From positions 12,059 through 76,058 of the forward strand of contig CAIJZX010000012.1 of the NCBI GenBank assembly GCA_903825245.1: a stretch of 64,000 nt of DNA. The letters are read 5' to 3'. The DNA comes from Candidatus Kerfeldbacteria bacterium (GTDB taxonomy: Bacteria > Patescibacteriota > Patescibacteriia > SBBC01 > CAIJZX01). Positions 40,479 to 51,268 of the stretch are shown piece by piece; position 1 is the first letter of the stretch, and each line of letters starts with the position of its first letter. The notes beneath the pieces were generated by a model. The model made no database searches, was not told where the DNA came from, and saw only the letters and a program-made list of their open reading frames with translations. The translations under genes and the position numbers were made by a program.

Positions 40479-41177
40479 ATGCATTTCTTTACAAGAGCTA
40501 AGGCCGCATTAATTGCTGAATATTGGGCCTGGTATAAGAAGCGTCATCATTATTATGGACAATTTAATCCACCCATGGATTTTTTAATCGCCAAGTACTT
40601 TCCCAAGAATTATATTGGTACTTGTATCGAAGTCGGGGCGGCGGATGGTCTCAGCTGTAGCAATACGCTGCATTTTGAACAAAAAGGTTGGAATTGTTTA
40701 TGTATTGAAGCCAATCCCGTCCATGAAGCATCTCTGAAAAAGAATCGAAAACATGTTCGGATGTGCGCCGTTGGCGAACATCATCAGCAAACCGCCAACT
40801 TTAACGTTGCTGACATGACCACTGGAGTGTACGAGGCGATTAGTTCGCTAGAGGTCGATCAACGACTCGTTCAGTCGCACAAAGACATTCTTCAAGGCAT
40901 ACACCAAATCACCGTTGAGGTGGATACACTAGACGAATGTGCGGAGGTGTTTACAGCGTCACTGCCCACACCGACCAAAAAAATAGATTTTGTCACAATT
41001 GATACCGAAGGTACCGAGCTTTCGGTATTAAAAGGATTTAATCTGCGCGCTTGGGAAGTTTCATTACTCGTGGTTGAGAATAACTTCAAAGAAACCGCTA
41101 GTAAAGACTATCTCGAAAGTTTTGGTTACAAATTACAAGAGCGATATCAGGTGAATGATTTTTATGTTCGAAAATAA
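40479..41177 (+). CDS. FkbM-family methyltransferase
   Basis: EVGAADG, IEAN, IDTEGTELSVLKG. Confidence 0.88.
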   Translation: MHFFTRAKAALIAEYWAWYKKRHHYYGQFNPPMDFLIAKYFPKNYIGTCIEVGAADGLSCSNTLHFEQKGWNCLCIEANPVHEASLKKNRKHVRMCAVGEHHQQTANFNVADMTTGVYEAISSLEVDQRLVQSHKDILQGIHQITVEVDTLDECAEVFTASLPTPTKKIDFVTIDTEGTELSVLKGFNLRAWEVSLLVVENNFKETASKDYLESFGYKLQERYQVNDFYVRK

Positions 41178-41198
41178 TTCCGTCGGCAAGAACGGCAC

Positions 41199-42086
41199 AT
41201 GAATACCGAACCGTCGGTTGACATTATTGTCTTGAATTGGAACGGCGCACAAGATACGCTCGAATGTTTGGCGTCGCTAAAAAACATCTCCTACACAAAC
41301 TACCACATCTACTTGGTCGATAATGATTCCAGATTGGAAGATCGCGAAGCATTACGCTCAATTCCGGCTTCTGTTCATTATCTTCAGGTAGAAAAAAACC
41401 TAGGCTTTGTTGGTGGTAACAATTTTGCACTTCGTCAAATTCTCGCTTCTTCAAAGCCGCCAACGTACGTCCTTCTCTTGAATAATGATACATCGGTACA
41501 TCCGGATTTTTTAAAGGCCATGGTTTCACTTGCGGAATCCAAACCAACAATCGGCATCGTTGGTCCAAAAGTAATGGACAACGCCCGACGAAAAACATTT
41601 CAAGTCATAGGCCTCTACATGAACCCTCGGAATGGCCGGATGACCAACCCGGCTGAAAACACCGAGGATCTCGGCCAGTTTAATACAGTCCAATCACCAG
41701 ATTGGGTGACTGGCGCCGCCCTCTTGATTAAAACCGAGGTCATAAAAAAAATTGGATTACTCGACGAAGTGTTTTTCGCTTATTGGGAAGATACAGATTG
41801 GTGTCAACGAACGCGTGAAGCTGGTTACACCATCTCCTATTGCCCGCAATCAGTTATTTGGCATAAACATTCGGCCTCATCTAAGCACCAGCGTAAAATG
41901 CCAATCTACCTATCAACACGGAATAAATATATATTTTTTCGCAAACATCCCGATATTGCACCCGCAATGAGTCGCTTACTGTATGATGATATTCGAGCAA
42001 TGAGCGCCATACGCTTAGCCCCTACCATTATTCGGGGTATATGGTCAGGATTGCGGACAAAAATCGCTACCACCTATATCACGTGA
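41199..42086 (+). CDS. GT2 glycosyltransferase
   Basis: LNWNG, NLGF, LLNND, GAALL, EDTDW. Confidence 0.9.
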   Translation: MNTEPSVDIIVLNWNGAQDTLECLASLKNISYTNYHIYLVDNDSRLEDREALRSIPASVHYLQVEKNLGFVGGNNFALRQILASSKPPTYVLLLNNDTSVHPDFLKAMVSLAESKPTIGIVGPKVMDNARRKTFQVIGLYMNPRNGRMTNPAENTEDLGQFNTVQSPDWVTGAALLIKTEVIKKIGLLDEVFFAYWEDTDWCQRTREAGYTISYCPQSVIWHKHSASSKHQRKMPIYLSTRNKYIFFRKHPDIAPAMSRLLYDDIRAMSAIRLAPTIIRGIWSGLRTKIATTYIT

Positions 42087-43258
42087 CCATCGCCGTCTAC
42101 CACAACCTGCAATCTGGCGGGGCTAAGAAGGCCATATTTGAGGTTGTCGCGGCGCTCCAACGTCGCGGTCATCGGATTGACGTATATCAACCGGATACGG
42201 CAAATTCGAACTTCTACGACCTAACTAGCGTAGCCACGACGGTGACCGTACTACCGACGCGACCACATCACTGGATGCGAATTTTCGGGGCTTTGTTGGA
42301 AGAACGACGAACGGCGAAACTGGCCGCTGCCATGATCGAAGCCAAGAAGTATGACGGCGTTATCGTCACCAATAGTTCCCTCGTCCAACATCCCTATATC
42401 ATGCGGTACTTGAAACAACCATTCGTATTGATCACCCAAGAATATTTGCGGATGTATTATGAACGTCGCGAACGACGGGCGATCGACCGTCAATCCCCTC
42501 ATCCGTCAACCAGGATGAAGGCGCTCGTCGATGGTCTATACGCAAAGTTTATCGCTTCAATAGATAGGACCAATCTCAAGCGCGGCCACAAAAAAATCAT
42601 CGTCAATTCGAAGTTTGCTGGACAATGTTTCGAACGAGCCTACCATGTGCCGAACGAGGTGTATTACTGCGGCGTAGCTGATGAATTCAAACCGAATACC
42701 GTTGTCCAACGAACGAATACTGTCGTCAGCATCGGGGCTTTGGATCCATTCAAGGGCCACGATTTCATCATCCGCAGTCTGGCGCACGTGCCACCAGCAA
42801 TCCGGCCGACACTCATTGTCGTAGCGGACCGAACACGCCAACCTGAATACGCCGAGTTTTTGGAAAAACTCGCTCATGAAAAGGGTGTTCCCATTGAACT
42901 TCAACGAAACGTGAGCCAAGCAGCGATTGTATCCTTGCTTCAACAAGCGAAAGTTACTCTTTGCGGAAATATTTTGGAACCGTTCGGTTTGGTTCCAATC
43001 GAATCGATGGCCTGCGGCACTCCAGTAATCGCCGTCCGCGAAGGCGGTTTGCAGGAAACGGTCGTTGATGGAGTAACCGGCATATTGACCGATCGCGACC
43101 AAGAACACTTTGGTGCGGCGATCACCAAACTACTGACCGACGATGCTGAACGCGAACGACTCGGCAAGAACGGACCGACGTACGTCGCAAAGAAATTTTC
43201 TTGGGCGTCCTACGCAAAAAAACTCGAGCAAGATTTTAATGAGTTGCGTCATGCCTAA
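42083..43258 (+). CDS. GT4 glycosyltransferase
   Basis: GTG start overlapping the previous stop. EPFGLVPIESMACGTPV. Confidence 0.9.
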   Translation: MTIAVYHNLQSGGAKKAIFEVVAALQRRGHRIDVYQPDTANSNFYDLTSVATTVTVLPTRPHHWMRIFGALLEERRTAKLAAAMIEAKKYDGVIVTNSSLVQHPYIMRYLKQPFVLITQEYLRMYYERRERRAIDRQSPHPSTRMKALVDGLYAKFIASIDRTNLKRGHKKIIVNSKFAGQCFERAYHVPNEVYYCGVADEFKPNTVVQRTNTVVSIGALDPFKGHDFIIRSLAHVPPAIRPTLIVVADRTRQPEYAEFLEKLAHEKGVPIELQRNVSQAAIVSLLQQAKVTLCGNILEPFGLVPIESMACGTPVIAVREGGLQETVVDGVTGILTDRDQEHFGAAITKLLTDDAERERLGKNGPTYVAKKFSWASYAKKLEQDFNELRHA

Positions 43259-44198
43259 TCGCACGACTGTCATCGTCGTCAATTGGAACGGACGGAAGCA
43301 TCTGCAAGAATGTTACGATGCGCTTCTGGCGCAAACGATTAAGGATTTTTCGATCATCGTTGTTGACAACGGATCAACGGACGATTCGGTCGCGTATACG
43401 AAACATCACCTGCCGCAGGCAAATGTCATTGAGCTGAGAGAAAATACCGGTTTCGCCAAAGCCAATAATATCGGCATCCAAAAAGCCCTGGAAAATTCAT
43501 TGTGCGACTATATCGTGCTACTCAACAATGACACGGCAATCGAGCCAAACTGGATGAACTCGCTCATCATGACGGCCGATCAGCATCCTGAATACAGCAG
43601 CATCGCCTGTTTGATGGTGTACTATAACGACCCGCAATGCGTTGATTCCGCTGGCCACCACCTGCTACCAACCGGACGAGTCACGAATTGGGGCGCCGGA
43701 ATGGATCGCAAGGATTTTTCGATCCCTGGCATCGTCTTTGGCGCGTGTGCCGGCGCTGGATTATACCGCCGTTCGTTTTTTGAACAGATCGGTTTTTTCG
43801 ATGAATCGCTCTTCGCCTATTATGAGGATGTCGATTTGAATTGGCGGGCCGTGTTACAAGGACTGAAATGCTATTACCAGCCCCAAGCCGTAGTGCGACA
43901 TAAAGGCGCGGGTACATCTCAACGCAACCGACGATTTCAAATCCTATCCTTCCGGAATCGTCTGATCGTCAACACAAAAAATCTGCCGACCGACTTCATT
44001 TTTGCTCATTTCTTCCGTTGGCTTGGATTTGAGTCGTATATGATCGGTATTCTGCTAATCAATGGCAAAATTGCCGCGCTCCTGGCATGGCTGAAACAAT
44101 TTCCACTACGACGGCGCGAACGGCGAACGAATATGAAACGGCGTACAATTACGCTACCAGAACTGCTATCGTACGAGGCGGTTCAGCCAAAAACCTAG
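43251..44198 (+). CDS. GT2 glycosyltransferase
   Basis: VNWNG, DNGSTD, LLNND, EDVDL. Confidence 0.9.
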   Translation: MPNRTTVIVVNWNGRKHLQECYDALLAQTIKDFSIIVVDNGSTDDSVAYTKHHLPQANVIELRENTGFAKANNIGIQKALENSLCDYIVLLNNDTAIEPNWMNSLIMTADQHPEYSSIACLMVYYNDPQCVDSAGHHLLPTGRVTNWGAGMDRKDFSIPGIVFGACAGAGLYRRSFFEQIGFFDESLFAYYEDVDLNWRAVLQGLKCYYQPQAVVRHKGAGTSQRNRRFQILSFRNRLIVNTKNLPTDFIFAHFFRWLGFESYMIGILLINGKIAALLAWLKQFPLRRRERRTNMKRRTITLPELLSYEAVQPKT

Positions 44199-45007
44199 TT
44201 CTCGTCTGATAACCTAAATCCAAACTTGGCTTCAAATGCCGATTGGCTCAACCAGGGTAATTTTCGGTAAGTAACCTGACGTCGCGACCACCAAATGAAT
44301 CGTCTCGGCAATACCGTCGCCACGAGCATCGACATCGTTCCGAGAATATCTCGGTATTTCGTGTTGCGCAGATGTTCCCAGGCGCCGGAAAAATTCCAAC
44401 GGCTTCTTAGGGACGAGAGATTACCTCGATCGCCGCGAATACGATGGATTGATAAACCGTCCGGTATGCACCCGATCAATCCCTTGTGACGCAGTGTTTG
44501 CGCTTGGAAATATTCGTCCGGCAACGACCGTTGCGGTTCGTAACGAAAACCCTGATTACGGAAGAGCAACGAGGTATGATCAGGATATCCGTTGATGGAA
44601 TAATTATCGGTCAACATCAAGAGTTTCTCTTGTTCGTGAAAATACCAGGCGCGTGTTCCACAAGCGATATGGTCATGATGGGTCTCTAAAAAATCCACTT
44701 GTTGGCGAATCTTGTCCGGCAGCCACAGATCATCATGATCCTGGATAGCGATATAGTCGGCTTCAACCCGATCGAGCAGGAAATTCAGACCAGCATACGG
44801 CCCCAGGTTGTCCGGTGATTTCAACAATCGAATTTTCGGGTCGGTTATCGACTGGATAGCGTTCACTGTACCGTCTGTCGAGGCGTTATCGAGCACGACG
44901 ATTTCCAGGTTCGAATACGTTTGGGCTGCACAATTGCGCAGCGTCTGAACGATGTATCGTTCGGAATTGTAGGCGACAATGAGAATGGCTACCCGAGGCG
45001 TGGCCAT
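44195..45007 (-). CDS. GT2 glycosyltransferase
   Basis: Start at MATPRVAIL. DNASTD, QDHDD. Confidence 0.85.
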   Translation of the reverse strand: MATPRVAILIVAYNSERYIVQTLRNCAAQTYSNLEIVVLDNASTDGTVNAIQSITDPKIRLLKSPDNLGPYAGLNFLLDRVEADYIAIQDHDDLWLPDKIRQQVDFLETHHDHIACGTRAWYFHEQEKLLMLTDNYSINGYPDHTSLLFRNQGFRYEPQRSLPDEYFQAQTLRHKGLIGCIPDGLSIHRIRGDRGNLSSLRSRWNFSGAWEHLRNTKYRDILGTMSMLVATVLPRRFIWWSRRQVTYRKLPWLSQSAFEAKFGFRLSDEN

Positions 45008-45011
45008 GAAT

Positions 45012-46139
45012 CTAGATGAATTGATGATAGAATCGCTGAATCTCGACGACACTTTGGGCGAGCGAGAAATGCTGCTCGGCTCGCATTCGTGCCGCCGCCC
45101 CGAATTGAGCACGTTGATCGGCGTCTTGCAGTAACCTGCGTATCGCCCCCCCGAAGACTTTTGGATTCGCCGTATCAACGAGCAAACCTGTTCCCGGCGT
45201 GATGACTTCGCCGTTTTCCGGAGTATCGGTGACGATGATGGCGCGGGCCGTGGCCATCGCCTCGAGCAAGGCAATCGACATGCCTTCGAACATCGACGGC
45301 AAGACAAAAATATCGAGCACCGGCAACATTTGGTACAGGTCCGGCCAGTAACCGACGAACCGCACGCGATCAGCGATGCCGAGGTGTTCCGCTTGCACCT
45401 CAAGCGCCGGCTGGAAAACGCCGCGACCGACGATGATGCTATACGCGTGCGAATTATTTTCAAACGCAATCGGTAAAGCGGCCACCAACCGATCGACGCA
45501 CTTCTCTTGGCGAAGATTGGAAACCGTGCCGACGATGACCGCATCCGGGGGCAATTTCAATTCAGTCAGTACGTGCTGACGACTGGCACTATCGGCGCTG
45601 GGTCGGAATTTCGTCGCATCGACACTGTTGACGATGATCGTGAATTTCTTTTTCGGCAAATGCACATCATCAACAAAATATCGTTGGACTTCTTCTGAAC
45701 AAGCGATATATCCGTCGACCAGCCAATCCGTCCAGCGCATCGCCCGCACGAGCCAGGCATACCGTTGATCGCGATACCGCGCTACCAAGTAGCAGGTAAC
45801 CGCCGGAATGCCGCAAAGTTTCCCCCAGACTCGACCGATCATATCGGCGTGGGCTAAACATGTACTAAGGATTGCCGGACGATACTGGCGTGTTAATTTC
45901 CAAAAACGGTACAAAGCCGCCACGCTCAACAACGAACCAGCATTCAGGACTTCGGTTTTCAGGCCGGCCCGATCAAAATCCTTTCGAATCGGTCCATCGC
46001 CACGGAGCGATATGACGACGTGTTGAAAGTCTGTGGCGCCAGGCATCAGGCGTTCGATCAAGCGTTCGGCGCCGCCGATGCCAAACGCCGTCAGCAAGTG
46101 AAAAATGACCGTCCGTTGCTGTTGTGATTGTTCTGGCAT
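45012..46139 (-). CDS. GT4 glycosyltransferase
   Basis: GGAER, PSMFEGMSIALLEAMA. Confidence 0.9.
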   Translation of the reverse strand: MPEQSQQQRTVIFHLLTAFGIGGAERLIERLMPGATDFQHVVISLRGDGPIRKDFDRAGLKTEVLNAGSLLSVAALYRFWKLTRQYRPAILSTCLAHADMIGRVWGKLCGIPAVTCYLVARYRDQRYAWLVRAMRWTDWLVDGYIACSEEVQRYFVDDVHLPKKKFTIIVNSVDATKFRPSADSASRQHVLTELKLPPDAVIVGTVSNLRQEKCVDRLVAALPIAFENNSHAYSIIVGRGVFQPALEVQAEHLGIADRVRFVGYWPDLYQMLPVLDIFVLPSMFEGMSIALLEAMATARAIIVTDTPENGEVITPGTGLLVDTANPKVFGGAIRRLLQDADQRAQFGAAARMRAEQHFSLAQSVVEIQRFYHQFI

Positions 46140-46157
46140 GGGGATTAATTGTCTGAA

Positions 46158-47687
46158 TTACTGCGGAAGAGCTCGAACAAAAAGGATGTTATCGTCGCGA
46201 ATGATTGTTTGGAAATACTGCGGATCGGTAAAATCATTGACTCGCGTATTGGGTATGGCGCTATTGTTCCAAAATGCCATTTGCGAAGGATGCTGCCGCA
46301 GTTGATATAAAGAAATCAAGACGTATACCGGCTGACCGGTCCCCCAGTTTAACGCCGCGGTATTTGCCGATTTTGCATTAGTTGCTGTAAATACAGCCGC
46401 ACCTTCCTGGGCAATAGTATAGTCATGACCGACGATTGAATACCGGGTTTGCAAATAGTTAGCATTGGTCGTAATGATGATGCTCTTTTCAGGAACACGA
46501 ATTGTACTCATTGTATCTAACGTCGCGGCATTGGCCGTATACATATCGTTCGGCATCACATCGGTATGGACAAGATTTAACACCAGGAAACAAAGCAGAA
46601 AGCCCATCTGCAGCACCATTCGCTTGCGAAAGAAATGATACACCACGGTAAAGCCGTTGGCCACGATGAATATGGCGTACAAACTGAACCAGGTATAAAA
46701 CCGCCAAGGAACGAGGTTATATATATTCAGATTGGGAAAAACATAGAGAAAGCAGTAATAGAATGCTGTGATCAATAACAGCATGCCCCACATGACTTTC
46801 AGTGCAACCGGGTCGCGGCGGAACATCTTCACCACGACGGCGACCGCCCCGATGATCAGCAAAACGAAGAAGGACGCATTGAAATCGGTAAAGAGTTGGC
46901 TAAACGGAATGGCCGTGCCCTGAAAGGCGGTGTCGACATTACTGCTGCCGTGCAAAAAATAGAGCACCTGTTGCCGAATAGCTACACTGCCGAAAAGTAC
47001 CACCAAACCAAGAATTACTAACCCGGCGAACATTAACAACCGCGTCCGCCAACGGAACGGGATGATGAATAACACGTATCCAGCAATGGCCGCCGCCGTG
47101 AAAATCAAGAAGTTCAATCCGCTTTGGTGCAGGTAGAAATAAAAGTAGTTGATCAACAACATTGGTGCAATCCACCACGCCTTTTTACTGCGGAATAATC
47201 GCAGGTAACAATACACGAGTGCTAGCCCGAAAGTATACGACATGGTCTCTGGCAAGTAATTCACAGAACGAGGCAATAGCTGCGTATTCAAGGCGTACAG
47301 CAATAACGGCATCAACCGCAGCAAGGTCTGACGCCATAGCATAGCGCTGATCCCGAAAATCAACGCCAAATTGAGCGTCGTCAACATGGCGCCGGAATAC
47401 AGATACACATTGAACAAACTCGCGCCGGTAATTTTTGCTACAATCGCGTTCCAAATGGGAAACACCCAGAGCGACGTCGGCGTCAGGAGATGGCCATACA
47501 TCAACCACTCGCGCGATTGGCGGGCCCAATCAAAGATATCGAATTCCAGCAGCGCCGGATGGGTAATGGGTTGATACCAACGGTACAGACACGTCAGGGC
47601 GATGATGAGGACTACCACGCCGCAGGCAGCTGCCGTCTGCCAGCGTTGAGCGTTACTTTGATTTTTTGTTGTAGAAGACTGACGCAT
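46158..47687 (-). CDS. Multi-pass membrane protein (GT-C or Wzy-like, uncertain)
   Basis: About 11 hydrophobic segments, acidic EFD loop after TM1, glycan-locus context. Confidence 0.55.
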   Translation of the reverse strand: MRQSSTTKNQSNAQRWQTAAACGVVVLIIALTCLYRWYQPITHPALLEFDIFDWARQSREWLMYGHLLTPTSLWVFPIWNAIVAKITGASLFNVYLYSGAMLTTLNLALIFGISAMLWRQTLLRLMPLLLYALNTQLLPRSVNYLPETMSYTFGLALVYCYLRLFRSKKAWWIAPMLLINYFYFYLHQSGLNFLIFTAAAIAGYVLFIIPFRWRTRLLMFAGLVILGLVVLFGSVAIRQQVLYFLHGSSNVDTAFQGTAIPFSQLFTDFNASFFVLLIIGAVAVVVKMFRRDPVALKVMWGMLLLITAFYYCFLYVFPNLNIYNLVPWRFYTWFSLYAIFIVANGFTVVYHFFRKRMVLQMGFLLCFLVLNLVHTDVMPNDMYTANAATLDTMSTIRVPEKSIIITTNANYLQTRYSIVGHDYTIAQEGAAVFTATNAKSANTAALNWGTGQPVYVLISLYQLRQHPSQMAFWNNSAIPNTRVNDFTDPQYFQTIIRDDNILFVRALPQ

Positions 47688-47696
47688 AATAGGTTG

Positions 47697-48812
47697 TTAT
47701 GTGGCCAGCGTTTGTTGCAGTAGGCCGACAAAATTCTCTGCGCTTCGTTGCCATGAAAATGGCGCCATATCAATCGGCGTTGATGAAGTATCCGACAGTA
47801 AGCGGCAAACACTATCGATCAATTGTTGTTTGTCATGGGGTGGAATAACGATCATTTGTGAAGCTGGTATGTGAAGCTGCTCGACTATTTCCTTCGTTCC
47901 GCCGACATCCGTGGCGGCAACTTTACTGCCGCAGGCAATCGCTTCTAAGACCGACGTTGGTAGGCCTTCAGAAAACGACGGATTGATAAATACCTGAGCC
48001 TGTTGATACTGCAACCGCAACTCGGAAACGGTAAGTTTCTGCAAGAACTCTATATTCGTGTTTCTATCCGCCAAGATTTTCAATTGTTGTTCATAATTTC
48101 CCGTGCCGATGATGGTCAATTGCGATTGCGGAAATTTCTTTTGAATGTCAGAGAATGATTGAATAAGTTCTTGTACACCTTTGGCGGCAATGAGTCGTCC
48201 GACAAACAACAAACGCTGTGTTGTTGATTGATGTTGGGAATTATCAGAAAAAAAAGTTGAAGTATCGACACCGTTGTAAACGAGATCAAACGTCTTGCCG
48301 CCAAGCTTGCGCGTAAACTCCCCGGCCGCTCGGGAACTGGCAATAATTCTGTCGGCTGAACTGATAACTAAACGACCGAGTATTTGATCATAGATGCGAC
48401 TAATCAGACGCGTCCACCACGAAGAGAGTTCAACGAATCGCGTACCATGTTCCGTATGCACCAACGGCAAGCCCTGAGTTTTTGCGAACCACCATCCAAA
48501 GAAACTCGTCAGAAAAAAACGGGTTTGGGTGTTGATTAGATCGACATGTTCTCGATGCATGTAGGCGGCCAGTTGAAAATACTGCCGGCCAGGTTTCGGT
48601 ATGGGAAATGTCCCACCGAGAATATTCCAGCACGGCCAACGGAACACAGTCACCCCCCGTAACGTTTCCTGAACCGGAGAGCGTTCTGAATTCGAGGTCA
48701 CCACCGTCACCTGATGTCCCATATGCACGAGACGCGAAGCCAGCTCTTCGGCATAGAGCTCGTAGCCGCCGCGATGGGGTGAGTAGTAAGCGGCAAAAAC
48801 CAACAGGTGCAT
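47697..48812 (-). CDS. GT4 glycosyltransferase
   Basis: YYSPHRGG, FVGRL, PSFSEGLPTSVLEA. Confidence 0.9.
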   Translation of the reverse strand: MHLLVFAAYYSPHRGGYELYAEELASRLVHMGHQVTVVTSNSERSPVQETLRGVTVFRWPCWNILGGTFPIPKPGRQYFQLAAYMHREHVDLINTQTRFFLTSFFGWWFAKTQGLPLVHTEHGTRFVELSSWWTRLISRIYDQILGRLVISSADRIIASSRAAGEFTRKLGGKTFDLVYNGVDTSTFFSDNSQHQSTTQRLLFVGRLIAAKGVQELIQSFSDIQKKFPQSQLTIIGTGNYEQQLKILADRNTNIEFLQKLTVSELRLQYQQAQVFINPSFSEGLPTSVLEAIACGSKVAATDVGGTKEIVEQLHIPASQMIVIPPHDKQQLIDSVCRLLSDTSSTPIDMAPFSWQRSAENFVGLLQQTLAT

Positions 48813-48826
48813 GTGACGTTTGCCGA

Positions 48827-49144
48827 TTATTTCAGTGCAATCTTGCGGACTAGATCCTCGAGGCGTTTATCCGTCCGCCGGACGATGACATAATTGCGGA
48901 ATGTCGCTCCGAATAGGATAAGAATACCAACCACCGTTAACAAATCAAATGCTCGCGCAAAATGCAGTTTTTCGAATACGACGTTGATCGATTGCGGAAA
49001 GAAAACGACGAAAGCCATACCTAACCAAATAATCTGCCAGAACGAGAATTCCCAAAAAGAAAATTCACCGCGACGAAAATGCAAGAAAGAGAAGTAGGTC
49101 ATCCATAGCACGAATACGAGAGCGAAAATCTGGATAGCGTTCAT
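48827..49144 (-). CDS. DUF2304-like small membrane protein
   Basis: Three TMs, C-terminal LEDLVRKIAL, coupled to a DPM-synthase-like GT2. Confidence 0.75.
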   Translation of the reverse strand: MNAIQIFALVFVLWMTYFSFLHFRRGEFSFWEFSFWQIIWLGMAFVVFFPQSINVVFEKLHFARAFDLLTVVGILILFGATFRNYVIVRRTDKRLEDLVRKIALK

Positions 49145-49800
49145 AGAAATCTCCAGGCGAGTAAATTAATCATGATGCGAATTCCGTCGATGATGGTCGT
49201 TCCTTTGTATTTATCATGGTAAATCGTGGTAATCGGCACCTGGACGTACGGGATCTTATGTTTTCCGGCGTTGACGATCATTTCTGTTTCCACAGAATAT
49301 CGCGGCGAGGTCCACATAATTTGTTCCGAAGCCGACAACCGTAAAGCACGATAACCGGATTGCGTGTCTTCGACCTGAATGCGATAGAGTACCTGCATGG
49401 CCGCGGTGAGAATGAAATTACCGAAACGTGCAACAAACGGCATCCGGCCATGGAATTTTCTCACCCCGAAAACAATATCCGCCCGGTTCTCCAGGATTGG
49501 TTGTAAAAGTACCGGTATTTCGTTAGGATCGTGTTGTCCGTCAGCATCGATAAACACCGCCACCTCATAATTATGGCTGATGGACCAAAGTACGCCGGTC
49601 TTCATTGCGGCGCCTTTCCCAAGATTTATGATATGACGCAGGATTGTGACCGACGAATTGCTGACTAATTGATCACTAAGAGCTGATTTCGATCCATCGT
49701 CGACGATAACAATATGATCGACTAATGAAGATACTTCGCGAACGACCTGTTGCAATCGCTCATTTTCATTAAATGCTGGCATGATGGCGATAGTCTTCAT
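49141..49800 (-). CDS. Polyprenol-phosphate glycosyltransferase (DPM1-like GT2)
   Basis: PAFNE, DDGS, NLGKGAA, DADGQH, DTQSGYR. Confidence 0.9.
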   Translation of the reverse strand: MKTIAIMPAFNENERLQQVVREVSSLVDHIVIVDDGSKSALSDQLVSNSSVTILRHIINLGKGAAMKTGVLWSISHNYEVAVFIDADGQHDPNEIPVLLQPILENRADIVFGVRKFHGRMPFVARFGNFILTAAMQVLYRIQVEDTQSGYRALRLSASEQIMWTSPRYSVETEMIVNAGKHKIPYVQVPITTIYHDKYKGTTIIDGIRIMINLLAWRFL

Positions 49801-50219
49801 AAAGCACCTTTCGCCCATTCATACGTTCCCTGTAATCCTTCGTTCAATTCCACTTCCGGTTTCCACTTCAACTGTTTTTTTGCTTCTTTCCACGACAATA
49901 CACTCTTCATCACCTCACCGGCCAACGCCAGTCGATGCTTGATCGCCGCTTTTATACCAGACACCTTAATCATCGCGCTCGCTAAACCATTAACGGATGT
50001 TTGTTTGGCGGTACCAATATTTATTTCACCGGTTACTTTATCATTTTTCATTGCCAGTAAATTAGCCCGTACAACGTCCGCTACGAAAACGAAATCCCGC
50101 GTCTGGCGTCCATGACCGTTTATCATCAAAGACTCGCCACAGAGCAATTTCTGGGCAAATATGGCCACTACACCGGCTTCCCCTTTCGGATCTTGCCGCG
50201 GAACAAGAATTCGTGCCAT
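49797..50219 (-). pseudogene. NAD-dependent epimerase (GalE-like) with a large in-frame internal deletion
   Basis: MARILV joins directly to PRQDPKGEAGVVAIF. GxxGxxG and YxxxK are missing. Confidence 0.75.
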
Positions 50220-50223
50220 AGGA

Positions 50224-51252
50224 TTATTGCATACCTCCAAACATCTGCGAATTCACCGTCCGCGAGCCGCGCATATACTCAATCATCCGTTTTAATCCCT
50301 CGTCAAGCGGGACGACCGGAAACCACCCCAGCATTTCCCGCGCTTGGCGAACGCTCGGCGTGGCCTGTTTCGCATCATACGGCAACGGTAATTCCATCCG
50401 GATATCCGGTCGCGCACCAGTTAAGGCAATCACTTGCTCGGCAATATGCCCCACGGTTTGTTCTTCTGGATGACCAATATTCATCGGTCCAATTTCTTTC
50501 GAAGCCATCATCCTCGTTAATCCTTCCAGGGCATCGGTCACATAGCAGTATGTCGACACATCCTCTTTGCTTCCATGAATAGTAATTGGTTGATTCTGAA
50601 TCGCTGCTGAGATAAATTCCGGAATCATTCGGCCGTCATCAAGTCGCATACGTGGACCGTAGGTGTTAAAGAGACGAACAATTTTCGCATCAATACCGAA
50701 CCGTGTACGGTAAGCTACGGTTAACGCTTCCGCAAAGCGTTTCCCTTCCTGGTAGGGACTACGCACACCAATCGGATTAACATACCCGAAGTAATTTTCC
50801 GGAAACGGTGTTTTTTCTACCGGCTCACCGTAAATTGAACCACTCGACACCAACAACAATTTCGCGCTAAACTGTTTTGCCATATCAAGTGCATTTCGCG
50901 TACCATTTGCGTTCGCCAATAACGTCTCGACCGTTAGCCTGGTGTAGTCTTTTGGCGATGATGGCGAAGCGAGGTGATAAATTTCCTGAATACCCTGGAA
51001 TGGTACCTGAAAGGCGCGTAATTCTTTCAGCGTTGATAAATCAATCGTTTCTGAAAAATCATGACGAACGAATTCAAAATTCGGATTCGACAGCAAGTGG
51101 TGAATATTTTCCTCGCTGCCAGTGCTGAAATTATCAATACAAATTACTTTGTGACGTTGGACAAGTAAATCGCATAAATGTGAGCCTAAAAACCCAGCCC
51201 CACCCGTAACCACAATATTCTTTTTGTCGAACGCAGCGGATCTTTTAGCCAT
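50224..51252 (-). CDS. UDP-glucuronate decarboxylase-like SDR
   Basis: TGGAGFLGSHL, HLASPSSP, YQEGKR, NTYGPRM, DDGR. Confidence 0.85.
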   Translation of the reverse strand: MAKRSAAFDKKNIVVTGGAGFLGSHLCDLLVQRHKVICIDNFSTGSEENIHHLLSNPNFEFVRHDFSETIDLSTLKELRAFQVPFQGIQEIYHLASPSSPKDYTRLTVETLLANANGTRNALDMAKQFSAKLLLVSSGSIYGEPVEKTPFPENYFGYVNPIGVRSPYQEGKRFAEALTVAYRTRFGIDAKIVRLFNTYGPRMRLDDGRMIPEFISAAIQNQPITIHGSKEDVSTYCYVTDALEGLTRMMASKEIGPMNIGHPEEQTVGHIAEQVIALTGARPDIRMELPLPYDAKQATPSVRQAREMLGWFPVVPLDEGLKRMIEYMRGSRTVNSQMFGGMQ

Positions 51253-51268
51253 ATATGAATCTTTTTCA

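Noticed and set aside
45008-45544. Long N-terminal extension of the 449-aa ORF
   Set aside because: It overlaps the upstream GT4 in another frame. The GT2 domain starts at 45007.
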